Below, in pieces: positions 8,286 to 16,628 of a stretch of DNA of 21,415 bases. Source of the DNA: a virus (Duplodnaviria > Heunggongvirae > Uroviricota > Caudoviricetes); the IMG/VR virus record IMGVR_UViG_2617270975_000009, positions 1 through 21,415 of that record; one strand, given 5' to 3'. Below the pieces are notes generated by a model. It ran no database searches. It saw nothing but the letters and a program-made list of their open reading frames with translations, and was not told the origin of the DNA. The position numbers and the translations under genes are program-made. The stretch's first letter is position 1. Each line of letters begins with the position of its first letter.

Positions 8286-8471
8286 ATGACACCACGCGAA
8301 ATAGCCTTATTGACCATCGCCAAACTTGAGCACGGAGGCCACCAGCTTACACAGGCAGATCAACGGGAGATAGAACGATCAGTTAATGCCGATATAGCCC
8401 GGCGCGACAGGTTCCGCGAAATGATGCGAGCACCTGCCTACCAGTGGAAGAAGCCAGCGCCGCGCAGGTAG
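8286..8471 (+). CDS. Small conserved hypothetical protein (paralog 2 of 2)
   Basis: 61 aa (MTPREIALLTIAKLEHGGHQLTQADQREIERS...APAYQWKKPAPRR), paralogous to 7284-7475; GAGGG ribosome-binding site. Confidence 0.5.
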   Translation: MTPREIALLTIAKLEHGGHQLTQADQREIERSVNADIARRDRFREMMRAPAYQWKKPAPRR

Positions 8472-8591
8472 ATATGGGATTATTCCACATGTAACTTATG
8501 CGTATTAAGCAAATTTCCTTTATTCACCTTTACAGAATTGTGAGTACGTCAGTATCGTTATCCTTCCGATTCGCATTTATTCAGGATTTGC

Positions 8592-9134
8592 ATGTACCAG
8601 CTAAAGATAACCATCCGAGACAGCAAACCACCTATATGGCGGCGTGTGCTGGTTCCAGAGCAAATCCCCTTTAGTAAACTTCATGCCGTGATCCAGTTAG
8701 CTTTTGGCTGGAATGACGAACACCTGTATATGTTCGAGAAAGGGCGTAAAGGTGATCCAGGTAGCGAGTATCGCGTATGGGGTGAGGATGAAAGCATGGG
8801 TAACGCGGCAATCACGCCACTATGGGCGGCGCTCCAGAATGAGGGTGACAAGCTGGTTTACACGTATGACTTTGGCGACTGGTGGGATTGCGTCATTGTG
8901 CTGGAGAAGCAAACACACGATACGAGTAATCAGCCCATTAGCTGCCTGCGTGGGAAAGGCACCACCCCGGCGGAAAACTCAGGCGGCTTGCATGGTTACA
9001 ATGAATTGCTATTACAGGCCAGAGAGTCTGATAATCCTGAGCAGGCCGAGATCCACAATTTCCTGATGCTGGATATTGAACGCCGGGTTTACGACCTGAG
9101 CCGCATCAACGACAGATTGCAGGCTATTAACTGA
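8592..9134 (+). CDS. pRiA4b ORF-3-like (PRiA4_ORF3 family) protein of unknown function
   Basis: 180 aa with the motifs LKITIRDSKPPIWRRVLVP...LHAVIQLAFGW.DEHLYMF and YDFGDWWDCVIVLEK that I associate with the PRiA4_ORF3 family. Confidence 0.55.
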   Translation: MYQLKITIRDSKPPIWRRVLVPEQIPFSKLHAVIQLAFGWNDEHLYMFEKGRKGDPGSEYRVWGEDESMGNAAITPLWAALQNEGDKLVYTYDFGDWWDCVIVLEKQTHDTSNQPISCLRGKGTTPAENSGGLHGYNELLLQARESDNPEQAEIHNFLMLDIERRVYDLSRINDRLQAIN

Positions 9135-9486
9135 CCCGCATGTATTCACCTGATATTGCGTTGTCAGCGCCGCCAGTATCGCGCATAACAGCGCACTGAC
9201 CGGGTAAACCGTAGCGCACGACCGTTGCGTTAGTATCACCGCCGCGCCGTATCTGGCGCGATTCATACACTGTCACCCGCTCAAGCAGTCCACCAGCAAC
9301 CATGCTTTCCAGTGTGCGCCGGGTTGATTCGAGCTGGTGACGCTTATCGAACGACACCATGCCATGAAGCAGGTAGGCCACACCCGACACATCGAACGGC
9401 GGCGCACCAATCTCACCAGTCACCCATTCGAGGTTATCCGGTTCAAAGTAGCTAAGTATCTCTTTTTTGCGACTGGTCATTCTCAT
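9127..9486 (-). CDS. Hypothetical protein
   Basis: 119 aa ORF convergent with, and overlapping by 8 bp, the 3' end of the PRiA4_ORF3-like gene; not recognised. Confidence 0.45.
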   Translation of the reverse strand: MRMTSRKKEILSYFEPDNLEWVTGEIGAPPFDVSGVAYLLHGMVSFDKRHQLESTRRTLESMVAGGLLERVTVYESRQIRRGGDTNATVVRYGLPGQCAVMRDTGGADNAISGEYMRVS

Positions 9487-9604
9487 GGCTGGCTGATTCC
9501 TTATTGTGGGATAGCACTATCATACAATAAGTGGGTTAAAGGGAGAGCGTTACCGCCTGATATGCTGTATGAATAACAACCAAATTTCAGGTGCGGAAAA
9601 AGAT

Positions 9605-9868
9605 ATGGGGGTACTTTTGGGGGTATCTATAAAAAATGAACAATAAAAAAGGCAACAAAAACAAAGCTTATCGCCTATGTGTATTGTTCCTATTATCGGC
9701 ACCATTCAAACATCTCCCCAAGTCTACTAAAGTCTTTCAAAACCCCTTATAATCCGTGTATTAAAGCCCCGTTCGTCTTTTGACGTCTACTAAAGTCCCT
9801 CAAAATCTACGGTCAGATGGGGGTACTTATGGGGGTATTTGCTGTTCGGTTTAGTGGAGGTACCCCCA
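9605..9868 (+). promoter_or_regulatory. Integrase-upstream direct repeats (candidate att arm sites or int regulatory sites)
   Basis: ATGGGGGTACTT(T/A)TGGGGGTAT at 9605-9626 and 9817-9838; GTCTACTAAAGTC(TT/CC)TCAAAA at 9722-9742 and 9785-9805; an inverted GGGGGTAC at 9859-9868 overlapping the int ribosome-binding site. Confidence 0.4.
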
Positions 9869-9869
9869 A

Positions 9870-11084
9870 GTGAAACTCAATGCCCGTCAAATAGACACAG
9901 CCAAGCCAAAAGAGAAGGCTTACAAGCTGGCCGATGGTGGCGGTTTGTATCTCTTGGTAAAACCTAATGGAGGTAAATACTGGCGACTTAAATATCGTGT
10001 AGCTGGTAAAGAGAAGCTATTGGCACTAGGTGTGTATCCTGAGGTTACTCTAGCCGATGCTCGGGCAAAACGTGAAGATGCGAAAAGAGGTATCGCTGGT
10101 GGTATCGATCCGATGGAAGCGAAACGAGAGGAAAAGATTGCCCGGGAAACGCAGTTAAACAACACCTTCAAAGATATTGCCCTTGAGTGGCACAGCAGCA
10201 AATTAAAAAAATGGTCTGCTGGTTATGCTTCAGACATCCTCGAAGCCTTCAACAAAGATGTGTTCCCTTACATTGGCAAAAAACCAATCGCCGAAATCAA
10301 ACCACTTGAACTTCTGAATGTGCTGCGGCGCATCGAGGGGCGCGGTGCTACAGAAAAAGCCAAAAAAGTGAGGCAGCGGTGCGGGGAAGTTTTCCGCTAT
10401 GCAATAGTCACTGGTCGCGCAGAGTATAACCCTGCACCAGACCTTACTAGCGCGATGCAAGGCCATGAATCTAATCATTACCCTTTCCTTACAGCTAAAG
10501 AATTACCTGATTTTTTCAAGGCATTGTCCAGTTACTCAGGAAGCGCATTGGTTGTTATGGCGGCTCGTCTACTGATTATCACCGGCTTGCGGACTGGCGA
10601 ACTACGTGGCGCATTATGGGATGAAATTGATTTCAACAAGGCTATCTGGGAGATACCCGCTTCACGTATGAAAATGCGGCGGCCTCATATTGTGCCATTG
10701 TCTGATCAGGCTCTTTCGCTTATTGGGAAGATTAGAGAAATAACAGGCAATTACCCTCTTATGTTTCCCGGGCGCAATGATCCAAGGAAAACAATGAGTG
10801 AGGCCAGCATAAACCAAGTGTTTAAGCGCATTGGCTACGCTGGACGTGTAACTGGTCATGGGTTCCGGCACACTATGAGCACGATTTTGCATGAGCAGGG
10901 CTATAACACCGCGTGGATAGAAACGCAGCTCGCTCACGTTGATAAGAACTCAATTCGTGGCACATACAACCATGCGCAATATCTGGATGGAAGGCGGGAG
11001 ATGCTTCAATGGTATGCCGACTATATGGATGCGCTGGAGAAGGAGGAGAACGTTGTTCATGGTTCGTTTGGGAAACGAGCTTAA
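9870..11084 (+). CDS. int: P4-type tyrosine integrase (site-specific recombinase)
   Basis: 404 aa with a GTG start after GGAGG. The N-terminal KLADGGGLYLLVKPNGGKYWRLKYR arm-binding motif is typical of P4-like integrases; the C-terminus carries the catalytic signature (LRTGELRG ... HGFRHT ... RGTYNHAQY). Confidence 0.9.
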   Translation: MKLNARQIDTAKPKEKAYKLADGGGLYLLVKPNGGKYWRLKYRVAGKEKLLALGVYPEVTLADARAKREDAKRGIAGGIDPMEAKREEKIARETQLNNTFKDIALEWHSSKLKKWSAGYASDILEAFNKDVFPYIGKKPIAEIKPLELLNVLRRIEGRGATEKAKKVRQRCGEVFRYAIVTGRAEYNPAPDLTSAMQGHESNHYPFLTAKELPDFFKALSSYSGSALVVMAARLLIITGLRTGELRGALWDEIDFNKAIWEIPASRMKMRRPHIVPLSDQALSLIGKIREITGNYPLMFPGRNDPRKTMSEASINQVFKRIGYAGRVTGHGFRHTMSTILHEQGYNTAWIETQLAHVDKNSIRGTYNHAQYLDGRREMLQWYADYMDALEKEENVVHGSFGKRA

Positions 11085-11226
11085 CTGTATGAATAGACCG
11101 TGTTAAGCAATGGTAGTAGACTTATGTAGACGAACAAAGAATAGGCTATGTCTAGGCTGATCCCCGAAAACCCGTACACCCCTACGGGCTGGCATAGCCG
11201 TCAGAATTAGGGGCGCGGGGTGGCGT

Positions 11227-12108
11227 ATGGTGAGAGCCAAAAAACAAGATTTAGCATGGTTTGATATTAGTAATTATGAATTTTTAAATGATTTAACCTT
11301 GCCGGACTTGATTCAAGAATTAGAGTGGCGCGATTTTTTATTGCGTCATGCAAAAGATGACACTGCTATATTCAAAGAAGAGTACGATATAAAATATGAA
11401 AGGATTTTTTCGGGCGATCCTAACCTAACCATTCTCAATGAAGAAGAGGAAGAGGTCGAAGAATTTATTCGCAAAGTAAATGATGAAGCCCCATCATTAA
11501 GAAATGAGTACGATGATCTTCCCTCATTATCTTCAGCTATGGGGGTTAGTCCAGTAACATTTTCAGAGCTGGCCATGTACTCTTTCTCATCGATAGATCA
11601 AGGCTTTTTTAAAAGAGACGAAGAGGATTGCTACCTCAAGGCAAACGCTATGCTTGCGAGTGTTACTGGAAACCTAAGTAATTGTTCCCCTAACATCATA
11701 CTCGTTTCTATAGATTTAGATGACGCCACTGATGACGAAATTATTACCAGCCTGACTCACCTTCTACCTCTATGGCGAAAAGAGTTAAAAGTACCAGAGA
11801 GAGAGCATGTCGCTCAGAAAAGGATTGGATTAAAGACCCTTCAGAAGTTGATATCTAATAGAGTGATACCTATTGTTGATCTGCTGATTTGGGGTGAGAA
11901 GTCAGGTAAGGAAGTGAGCAATCCGATGATTTCTGCCTTGGTTTTTAGTGATGATCCGAAAGATACGCAGGCTATTAAGGAATCAATAAAGCCTTTTGCA
12001 CTTGAATCTATAAGCGAGAGATACACCCGCTTGCTTCAGCTTTATGTAAACAAAGACAGAGAAATGAGCTTGATAAAAATATCTGATTTAATGAGTAGAG
12101 ATTTATAG
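11227..12108 (+). CDS. Orphan AT-rich acidic hypothetical protein (cargo gene between int and alpA)
   Basis: 293 aa ORF, markedly AT-rich relative to int, with an acidic stretch (EEEEEVEEF) and many D/E residues; its own start region and a downstream hairpin plus T-rich tract. No family recognised. Confidence 0.7.
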   Translation: MVRAKKQDLAWFDISNYEFLNDLTLPDLIQELEWRDFLLRHAKDDTAIFKEEYDIKYERIFSGDPNLTILNEEEEEVEEFIRKVNDEAPSLRNEYDDLPSLSSAMGVSPVTFSELAMYSFSSIDQGFFKRDEEDCYLKANAMLASVTGNLSNCSPNIILVSIDLDDATDDEIITSLTHLLPLWRKELKVPEREHVAQKRIGLKTLQKLISNRVIPIVDLLIWGEKSGKEVSNPMISALVFSDDPKDTQAIKESIKPFALESISERYTRLLQLYVNKDREMSLIKISDLMSRDL

Positions 12109-12152
12109 CAAGCAAAATCCTACGTAAACGTTTTAAGTAAATTTCGCGATTT

Positions 12153-12220
12153 CCGCTTTGAATACGCTACTGTGTATTTCAAAGCGGATAATCTTCTCAA
12201 AAAAATATTTTATTTTTATC
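12153..12220 (+). terminator. Possible terminator downstream of the cargo gene
   Basis: Long imperfect hairpin CCGCTTTGAATAC ... GTATTTCAAAGCGG (12153-12187) followed about 20 nt later by TTTTATTTTTAT. The T-tract is not immediately adjacent, so this is weak. Confidence 0.35.
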
Positions 12221-12305
12221 CGCTATCACCCATTCACCGGTTTGTTTAATCTCCTTTCTGTCTACTGATGTCCATTAAAGAAGATGACAGAATATAGGAG
12301 TAAAC

Positions 12306-12503
12306 ATGTCTCAATCATTTATTCGTCTTTCTGAGGTTCAACGCCGTACTGGTTACAGCAAAGCGTGGATTTATCGGCTCATCAAAGAACAGCGATTCCC
12401 TCAATCTGTAAAGATTGGAAGCCGATCAATTGCGTTTATTGAAAGTGAAATTGAAGAATGGATTAATCAGCGCATCGCTGAGTCGCGTGGCGAGGTAGCG
12501 TAA
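12306..12503 (+). CDS. alpA: AlpA-family transcriptional regulator/excisionase-like protein
   Basis: 65 aa (MSQSFIRLSEVQRRTGYSKAWIYRLIKEQRFPQSVKIGSRSIAFIESEIEEWINQR) fits the AlpA pattern; AGGAG ribosome-binding site; stop overlaps the next start (TAATG). Confidence 0.85.
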   Translation: MSQSFIRLSEVQRRTGYSKAWIYRLIKEQRFPQSVKIGSRSIAFIESEIEEWINQRIAESRGEVA

Positions 12504-12934
12504 TGAATAAGAAAAACCGCCCATTACAGGCGGCTAATTCAGATATTCGCGTATCTGATGTTACGCCCCTTACAAAATCCCTTCAAGCACCAAAGCGCAC
12601 ACCGAAAAAGCATCGTGCCAGAGTCTATATGCTGCGTACTGGTATAGAGGGATGGACAGAAAATGACATTCTTCGCTACTGCCGTCTGTCTTCTGGTCGT
12701 AACTATGCAACAGAGTTAGAACGCCAGCTTGGAATCACTCTGGAGCGTATCGACGAAAAGAATCCTGATGGTATCGGAACACACCTTCGCTACCGTTTCT
12801 CCTGCCGTGGTGATGTTCTGAAAGTGATCACTCATATTAACCATCTTGCGAACATAAATGATCACAACGGACTTTCTCAGCAGGAAATTGCCGACATTCT
12901 GAAACTCTACCCGGACGCGTTTAACGCCGCTTAA
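12503..12934 (+). CDS. Hypothetical protein, translationally coupled to alpA
   Basis: 143 aa ORF with a basic N-terminus (KRTPKKHRAR); no family recognised. Confidence 0.65.
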   Translation: MNKKNRPLQAANSDIRVSDVTPLTKSLQAPKRTPKKHRARVYMLRTGIEGWTENDILRYCRLSSGRNYATELERQLGITLERIDEKNPDGIGTHLRYRFSCRGDVLKVITHINHLANINDHNGLSQQEIADILKLYPDAFNAA

Positions 12935-12946
12935 CGGAGACTGAAA

Positions 12947-13780
12947 ATGAACATCGAAAAAAGCAGATTAATTTCTGAGGCCGCCCCTCATCTGAACGCC
13001 TCTCTGAGCACAATTAACGGTAATGAATTTGCCGCAATTGTCCCGGTTATTCCTGGTCATATCGGTGGGCGTGAAACCAATATTGTTAGCGCAAAAGCGT
13101 TACACAAAGCGTTGGGCGTGGGAAAAGACTTCTCTACATGGATCACTGATCGCATCTCTGAATATGACTTCACCATTGGGCACGATTACTCAGTCCATAA
13201 AACTATTTCCCCAAATTTGGGGAAAAGCCCGAATGGCGTGGCTTACAGAAAGATTAAGCAGTCTGGCAGACCCGGCAAAGACTATCTGTTAAGTGTCGGA
13301 ATGGCGAAAGAACTGGCAATGATCGAACGCAATGATCAGGGTCGCGCTATCCGCCGTTATTTCATCCAGTGCGAGGAAGAATTACAGCGTAGCGTTCCTG
13401 AAATCGCCGCCCGCTATCGTCGCCAGCTAAAAGCCCGTATCAGTGCCGCAAACAACTTTAAGCCAATGTGCGATGCGCTGAATATGGCCCGTGCCGAGCA
13501 GGGGAAAACGACGCAGCAACACCACTACACAAACGAGAGCAATATGATTTCTCGTATCGTTCTTGGTGGGCTAACTGCTAAGCAGTGGGCGCGGATAAAT
13601 GGCTATTCTGGCGAACCTCGCGACCATATGAACGCAGAACAACTTGAGCACCTCTCATATCTCGAAAGCACCAATATCACGTTAATTGATATGGGCATGG
13701 AATATGAGCAGCGCAAAGGAGAACTCCCCCGCCTGTCGCAACGCTGGCTCGCTAAGCGTCTGGAGGTGGTCCATGTTTAA
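12947..13780 (+). CDS. Phage antirepressor-like protein (Ant/KilAC-type), tentative
   Basis: 277 aa with GGAGA ribosome-binding site. The segment YLLSVGMAKELAMIERNDQGRAIRRYFIQCEEEL resembles antirepressor-type domains; the family assignment is from memory and not verified. Confidence 0.5.
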   Translation: MNIEKSRLISEAAPHLNASLSTINGNEFAAIVPVIPGHIGGRETNIVSAKALHKALGVGKDFSTWITDRISEYDFTIGHDYSVHKTISPNLGKSPNGVAYRKIKQSGRPGKDYLLSVGMAKELAMIERNDQGRAIRRYFIQCEEELQRSVPEIAARYRRQLKARISAANNFKPMCDALNMARAEQGKTTQQHHYTNESNMISRIVLGGLTAKQWARINGYSGEPRDHMNAEQLEHLSYLESTNITLIDMGMEYEQRKGELPRLSQRWLAKRLEVVHV

Positions 13781-13955
13781 GCCGACAGGAACACCACAAC
13801 CTCAAAAACGCTACAAGGATGCCCACGGAGCACTCGTTACTGTCGAAAGCGTGTCTCACAACCGAGTGACGTTTTATCGCGACGGGTATCAATCGCCATG
13901 CGTACAACCGCTGGCGCGCTTCATGAAGGAGTTCGCGGAGGTTAACAAATGCTAA
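13773..13955 (+). CDS. Small hypothetical protein
   Basis: 60 aa from the ATG at 13773 (MFKPTGTPQPQKRYKDAHGALVTVESV...), strong GGAGGTGG ribosome-binding site, overlapping the upstream stop. Confidence 0.5.
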   Translation: MFKPTGTPQPQKRYKDAHGALVTVESVSHNRVTFYRDGYQSPCVQPLARFMKEFAEVNKC

Positions 13956-15016
13956 CCGTCCAGAAGAAGATATTTTCACTGGCTGGTATGTCGCCAAAAT
14001 CCAGCAATATGACAGCAAAGTCTGGCATTAATACAGCAGATACAAGCAAAGTTTATCATTTTCTGGTGGTGGGAGCGGATGCCTTAACTATGTCAGAAAT
14101 TACGGTCGATGGTGTTAGCGTTGAGAAGGTCGGCGGCTGCGCCAGAGAATTTCTGGTCGTAGATGGCTTTCTCTGCTCGCGTAGTGACTCCACAAAAACC
14201 TTCGTCCACACGCGCGACGTTAACGAAATGAGCGCGATGTATTGTGCATCTGGTGCTTCCAATAGTGAGTTTTCGGAGTCCATAAAAAAGAGCTTGCCGT
14301 TATGCGGCAACACGGTTTATGGTTATAAGGCACCTCATAAAACGGGTGCCGGGTTTCGCAGCCCGGAAATGTACGAGGCGACACATGACGCGCCGAGCGT
14401 CTTTTTTTGTGCCGTTAGCCAGACTCACACTTTTTTCAGTGATGCGGTTATAATCCGCGTCGCTTGCAAAATTATGGTGGGCTGGACAGGGCAGCCGAAA
14501 GGCTGGCCGGTTTCCTTGTACGCCGGTACTGCGAACTCTGTTCAGTCCACCACCAGCGAGTTTCGCAGCTCCGGTGGTGGGAAGAACTCCCAGTACAAGG
14601 AGGCTGCCACATGCTGGCTACTACCCCTACCCAAAAACCGCAATTTATCTGGATTATCGCCGCAGTTCGCCGCGATTGCCCGACAATTACCGCCAAAATT
14701 CATCATATTGCTGCCGAGTCTGAACGCGATGCTCGCCGTTCTCTGGTGCGCGATCACATCTGCTTTTTTGCTGGTCGTATCCGCATGGAGGTGGCACATG
14801 ATTAAAACCTACGATGTGCATATGGATCCCCTCGAACGCACAAGCCAGATCATCACACTGACAGAAGTGATTAACGACATTCTGGTGAGCAACTCTCCCT
14901 CACGAGACGAAAGACTGAAGGCGTTACTCGCGATATTGGATCTCGCCGTTCGTGACGTTCATTTCCTGCTGGAAGGTGGCGAAATGCCAGGAAAAACGGG
15001 GGCAACCAATGAATAA
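13949..15016 (+). CDS. Uncertain long ORF: the 5' ~660 nt may encode a real protein, but the 3' part coincides with two better-supported small genes
   Basis: Frame is open for 355 codons from an ATG that overlaps the upstream stop. However it runs through a terminator-like hairpin (14387-14408) and hairpin-rich sequence, and its last 72 codons are the separately supported gene at 14798-15016. The true 3' end is unresolved. Confidence 0.3.
   Translation: MLTVQKKIFSLAGMSPKSSNMTAKSGINTADTSKVYHFLVVGADALTMSEITVDGVSVEKVGGCAREFLVVDGFLCSRSDSTKTFVHTRDVNEMSAMYCASGASNSEFSESIKKSLPLCGNTVYGYKAPHKTGAGFRSPEMYEATHDAPSVFFCAVSQTHTFFSDAVIIRVACKIMVGWTGQPKGWPVSLYAGTANSVQSTTSEFRSSGGGKNSQYKEAATCWLLPLPKNRNLSGLSPQFAAIARQLPPKFIILLPSLNAMLAVLWCAITSAFLLVVSAWRWHMIKTYDVHMDPLERTSQIITLTEVINDILVSNSPSRDERLKALLAILDLAVRDVHFLLEGGEMPGKTGATNE
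14387..14408 (+). terminator. Terminator/attenuator-like hairpin inside the early leader region
   Basis: GACGC-GCCGA-GCGTC stem-loop immediately followed by TTTTTTT. Confidence 0.45.
14611..14805 (+). CDS. Small protein, possibly host cell-division inhibitor Icd-like
   Basis: 64 aa ([45 protein letters not shown]...) with a strong AAGGAGG ribosome-binding site. It resembles the Icd-like proteins of P4-like elements from memory only. Confidence 0.5.
   Translation: MLATTPTQKPQFIWIIAAVRRDCPTITAKIHHIAAESERDARRSLVRDHICFFAGRIRMEVAHD
14798..15016 (+). CDS. Small hypothetical protein
   Basis: 72 aa with GGAGGTGG ribosome-binding site; the ATG overlaps the upstream gene's 3' end by 8 nt. Confidence 0.55.
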   Translation: MIKTYDVHMDPLERTSQIITLTEVINDILVSNSPSRDERLKALLAILDLAVRDVHFLLEGGEMPGKTGATNE

Positions 15017-15203
15017 CTCAATTAATACCCCTCGCCTTACGTCCGCACTTCAATTAATCGAGCAAGCAGCGGCTGTCCTGGTTGCTGTCAGTCTTTCGGC
15101 TGAAGAAATGGACGCTACTGATGTCGTGGATGCGATTAAAGCGTGCTCATCTTTGGTTAACGATGCCCGTGCCGAGCTGGTAATTCTTGGGGGTGAAAAA
15201 TGA
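15009..15203 (+). CDS. Small hypothetical protein
   Basis: 64 aa ([27 protein letters not shown]...); start overlaps the upstream stop. Confidence 0.5.
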   Translation: MNNSINTPRLTSALQLIEQAAAVLVAVSLSAEEMDATDVVDAIKACSSLVNDARAELVILGGEK

Positions 15204-15463
15204 ATATCAACTTAATTTATCGTCATCCGTGTGAGCTGGAAATTGAATCATTGCTGGGGCGTGAAGAGCCATATCCAGACACATTCACTCCCGCAGATTG
15301 CGCGACTGAACGGCTTACCAGAGCGCGCACAGGTCTGGTTCATGTGATGAATGAGATTGTTCCCTCGGTGGGCGGGGAACAGGCGACAGTAATCAATAGC
15401 TGGCTACAAAAAGTTACCTCCCTGATAGATATCGGTTTAATCGATGTGGAGAGTGCGAAATGA
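15200..15463 (+). CDS. Small hypothetical protein
   Basis: 87 aa; ATGA start/stop overlap with the upstream gene; GGGGGTGA ribosome-binding site. Confidence 0.55.
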   Translation: MNINLIYRHPCELEIESLLGREEPYPDTFTPADCATERLTRARTGLVHVMNEIVPSVGGEQATVINSWLQKVTSLIDIGLIDVESAK

Positions 15464-15681
15464 CCAACATCCAGCTCATTGAAGCGCAATGTCGCATCGA
15501 ACAGGTTCAGACTGTTTTAGGGTTCTGGCTTGAAGGGGCCAGCCCCAGCAACAGAGACAAGTTAATGATTGGCGCGGTTATGTCACTGCTCAATGGCGTA
15601 CCAGAAGCTATTCAGGAAGCGGACGAATTGTTGGGCAAATATGAGTTACAGAATCATTCAGGCGAGGCGAAACATGAATAA
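15460..15681 (+). CDS. Small hypothetical protein
   Basis: 73 aa; ATGA overlap with the upstream gene. Confidence 0.55.
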   Translation: MTNIQLIEAQCRIEQVQTVLGFWLEGASPSNRDKLMIGAVMSLLNGVPEAIQEADELLGKYELQNHSGEAKHE

Positions 15682-16276
15682 TTTCTTAACTTTCCATACA
15701 GAAGCAACGCCTGACGGCGTAAACATCATGTACCGCAGCAACGATGGCATGACAGAACGCGTTGAGGCCGTCTCATATATTGATGCCGTAAATCGTCTGG
15801 ATGCCGGGGATTATGACGATAAACCAGATGAAGGTATGTCAATACATCTCGCTATTGCCGATGGCGGCAACCAAGGATATTTCGATTACACATCACAGCA
15901 TAACGTCATTATGTGGAGATGGCTGATCGCAACAGTATTCATGCTGGAAATGAGAGAGGAAAACGGCACTGTCAGCATCATTGATGATACTGGCAATCCT
16001 TCCGAAGTGGCTGTTTATTCCAACGGCATCGTCGCCATGCCGCTGTATCCAGTAGCAGAGCGCCTCGCTATGGCAAACAACATTGAGGGAGCGATGATAG
16101 AACGTTTTGGCATCGAGTCTGGCACAGAACGCGCCATCATTTTCTACAGAGCCATGATGGATGTGGAACAAGGAGCACTGACTCCATTTGGTCGTGAAAC
16201 GCTTGCTGAACTTCACAACAGCTTTATAGCTGAACTGAATGAAAACGGCATGCCAGCGGAACCAGTGACGCACTGA
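15674..16276 (+). CDS. Hypothetical protein
   Basis: 200 aa from the ATG at 15674 (MNNFLTFHTEATPDGVNIMYRSNDG...), overlapping the upstream stop. The ORF-table start at 15569 is further upstream in the same frame. Confidence 0.65.
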   Translation: MNNFLTFHTEATPDGVNIMYRSNDGMTERVEAVSYIDAVNRLDAGDYDDKPDEGMSIHLAIADGGNQGYFDYTSQHNVIMWRWLIATVFMLEMREENGTVSIIDDTGNPSEVAVYSNGIVAMPLYPVAERLAMANNIEGAMIERFGIESGTERAIIFYRAMMDVEQGALTPFGRETLAELHNSFIAELNENGMPAEPVTH

Positions 16277-16286
16277 GGATGGAGCC

Positions 16287-16628
16287 ATGATTACTAAAAA
16301 TTTCCGACTGAATGCGCTGGCAAATAAGTATGCGTCGGCACTGTATAACCACATTACCTCCACCAGCGGCGGGGACTATTTCATGGTTGATGCGGACGGC
16401 GAGGCCGTACGTGTGGAAATCGTTAATGGAGTAAAAGGCGTTCGCAGCCTGATCGATAGCTACACACTGGCAGCCATGAAAGTGTTCTACCCGCAGTGGG
16501 AAACCGTGGGGATCGAGCTTCTTGAGCGTTGCGTCACTAAGGACGGATTGACTGACGTCGGGCGTGAGATATGGCAAAGCATGGTTAATGACATGGGCGC
16601 AACTGTAGCGGGAGGTTCTCATGCGTGA
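16287..16628 (+). CDS. Hypothetical protein
   Basis: 113 aa; GGATGGAG ribosome-binding site; stop overlaps the next start. Confidence 0.6.
   Translation: MITKNFRLNALANKYASALYNHITSTSGGDYFMVDADGEAVRVEIVNGVKGVRSLIDSYTLAAMKVFYPQWETVGIELLERCVTKDGLTDVGREIWQSMVNDMGATVAGGSHA

Noticed and set aside
8704..9066. 120 aa plus-strand ORF
   Set aside because: It is an alternate frame inside the PRiA4_ORF3-like gene.
9337..9576. 79 aa plus-strand ORF
   Set aside because: It overlaps the antisense of the 119 aa gene and has no start context.
9920..10937. Minus-strand ORFs inside the integrase gene (9920-10201, 10230-10478, 10662-10937)
   Set aside because: They are antisense to a confidently identified integrase.
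13023..13292. 89 aa plus-strand ORF
   Set aside because: It is an alternate frame within the antirepressor-like gene.
13752..14313. Minus-strand ORFs at 13752-14018 and 14056-14313
   Set aside because: The whole element is transcribed on the plus strand and these have no ribosome-binding sites. They are kept only as a caveat on the uncertain 13949-15016 frame.
15893..16622. Minus-strand ORFs at 15893-16363 and 16224-16622
   Set aside because: They are antisense to coupled plus-strand genes.
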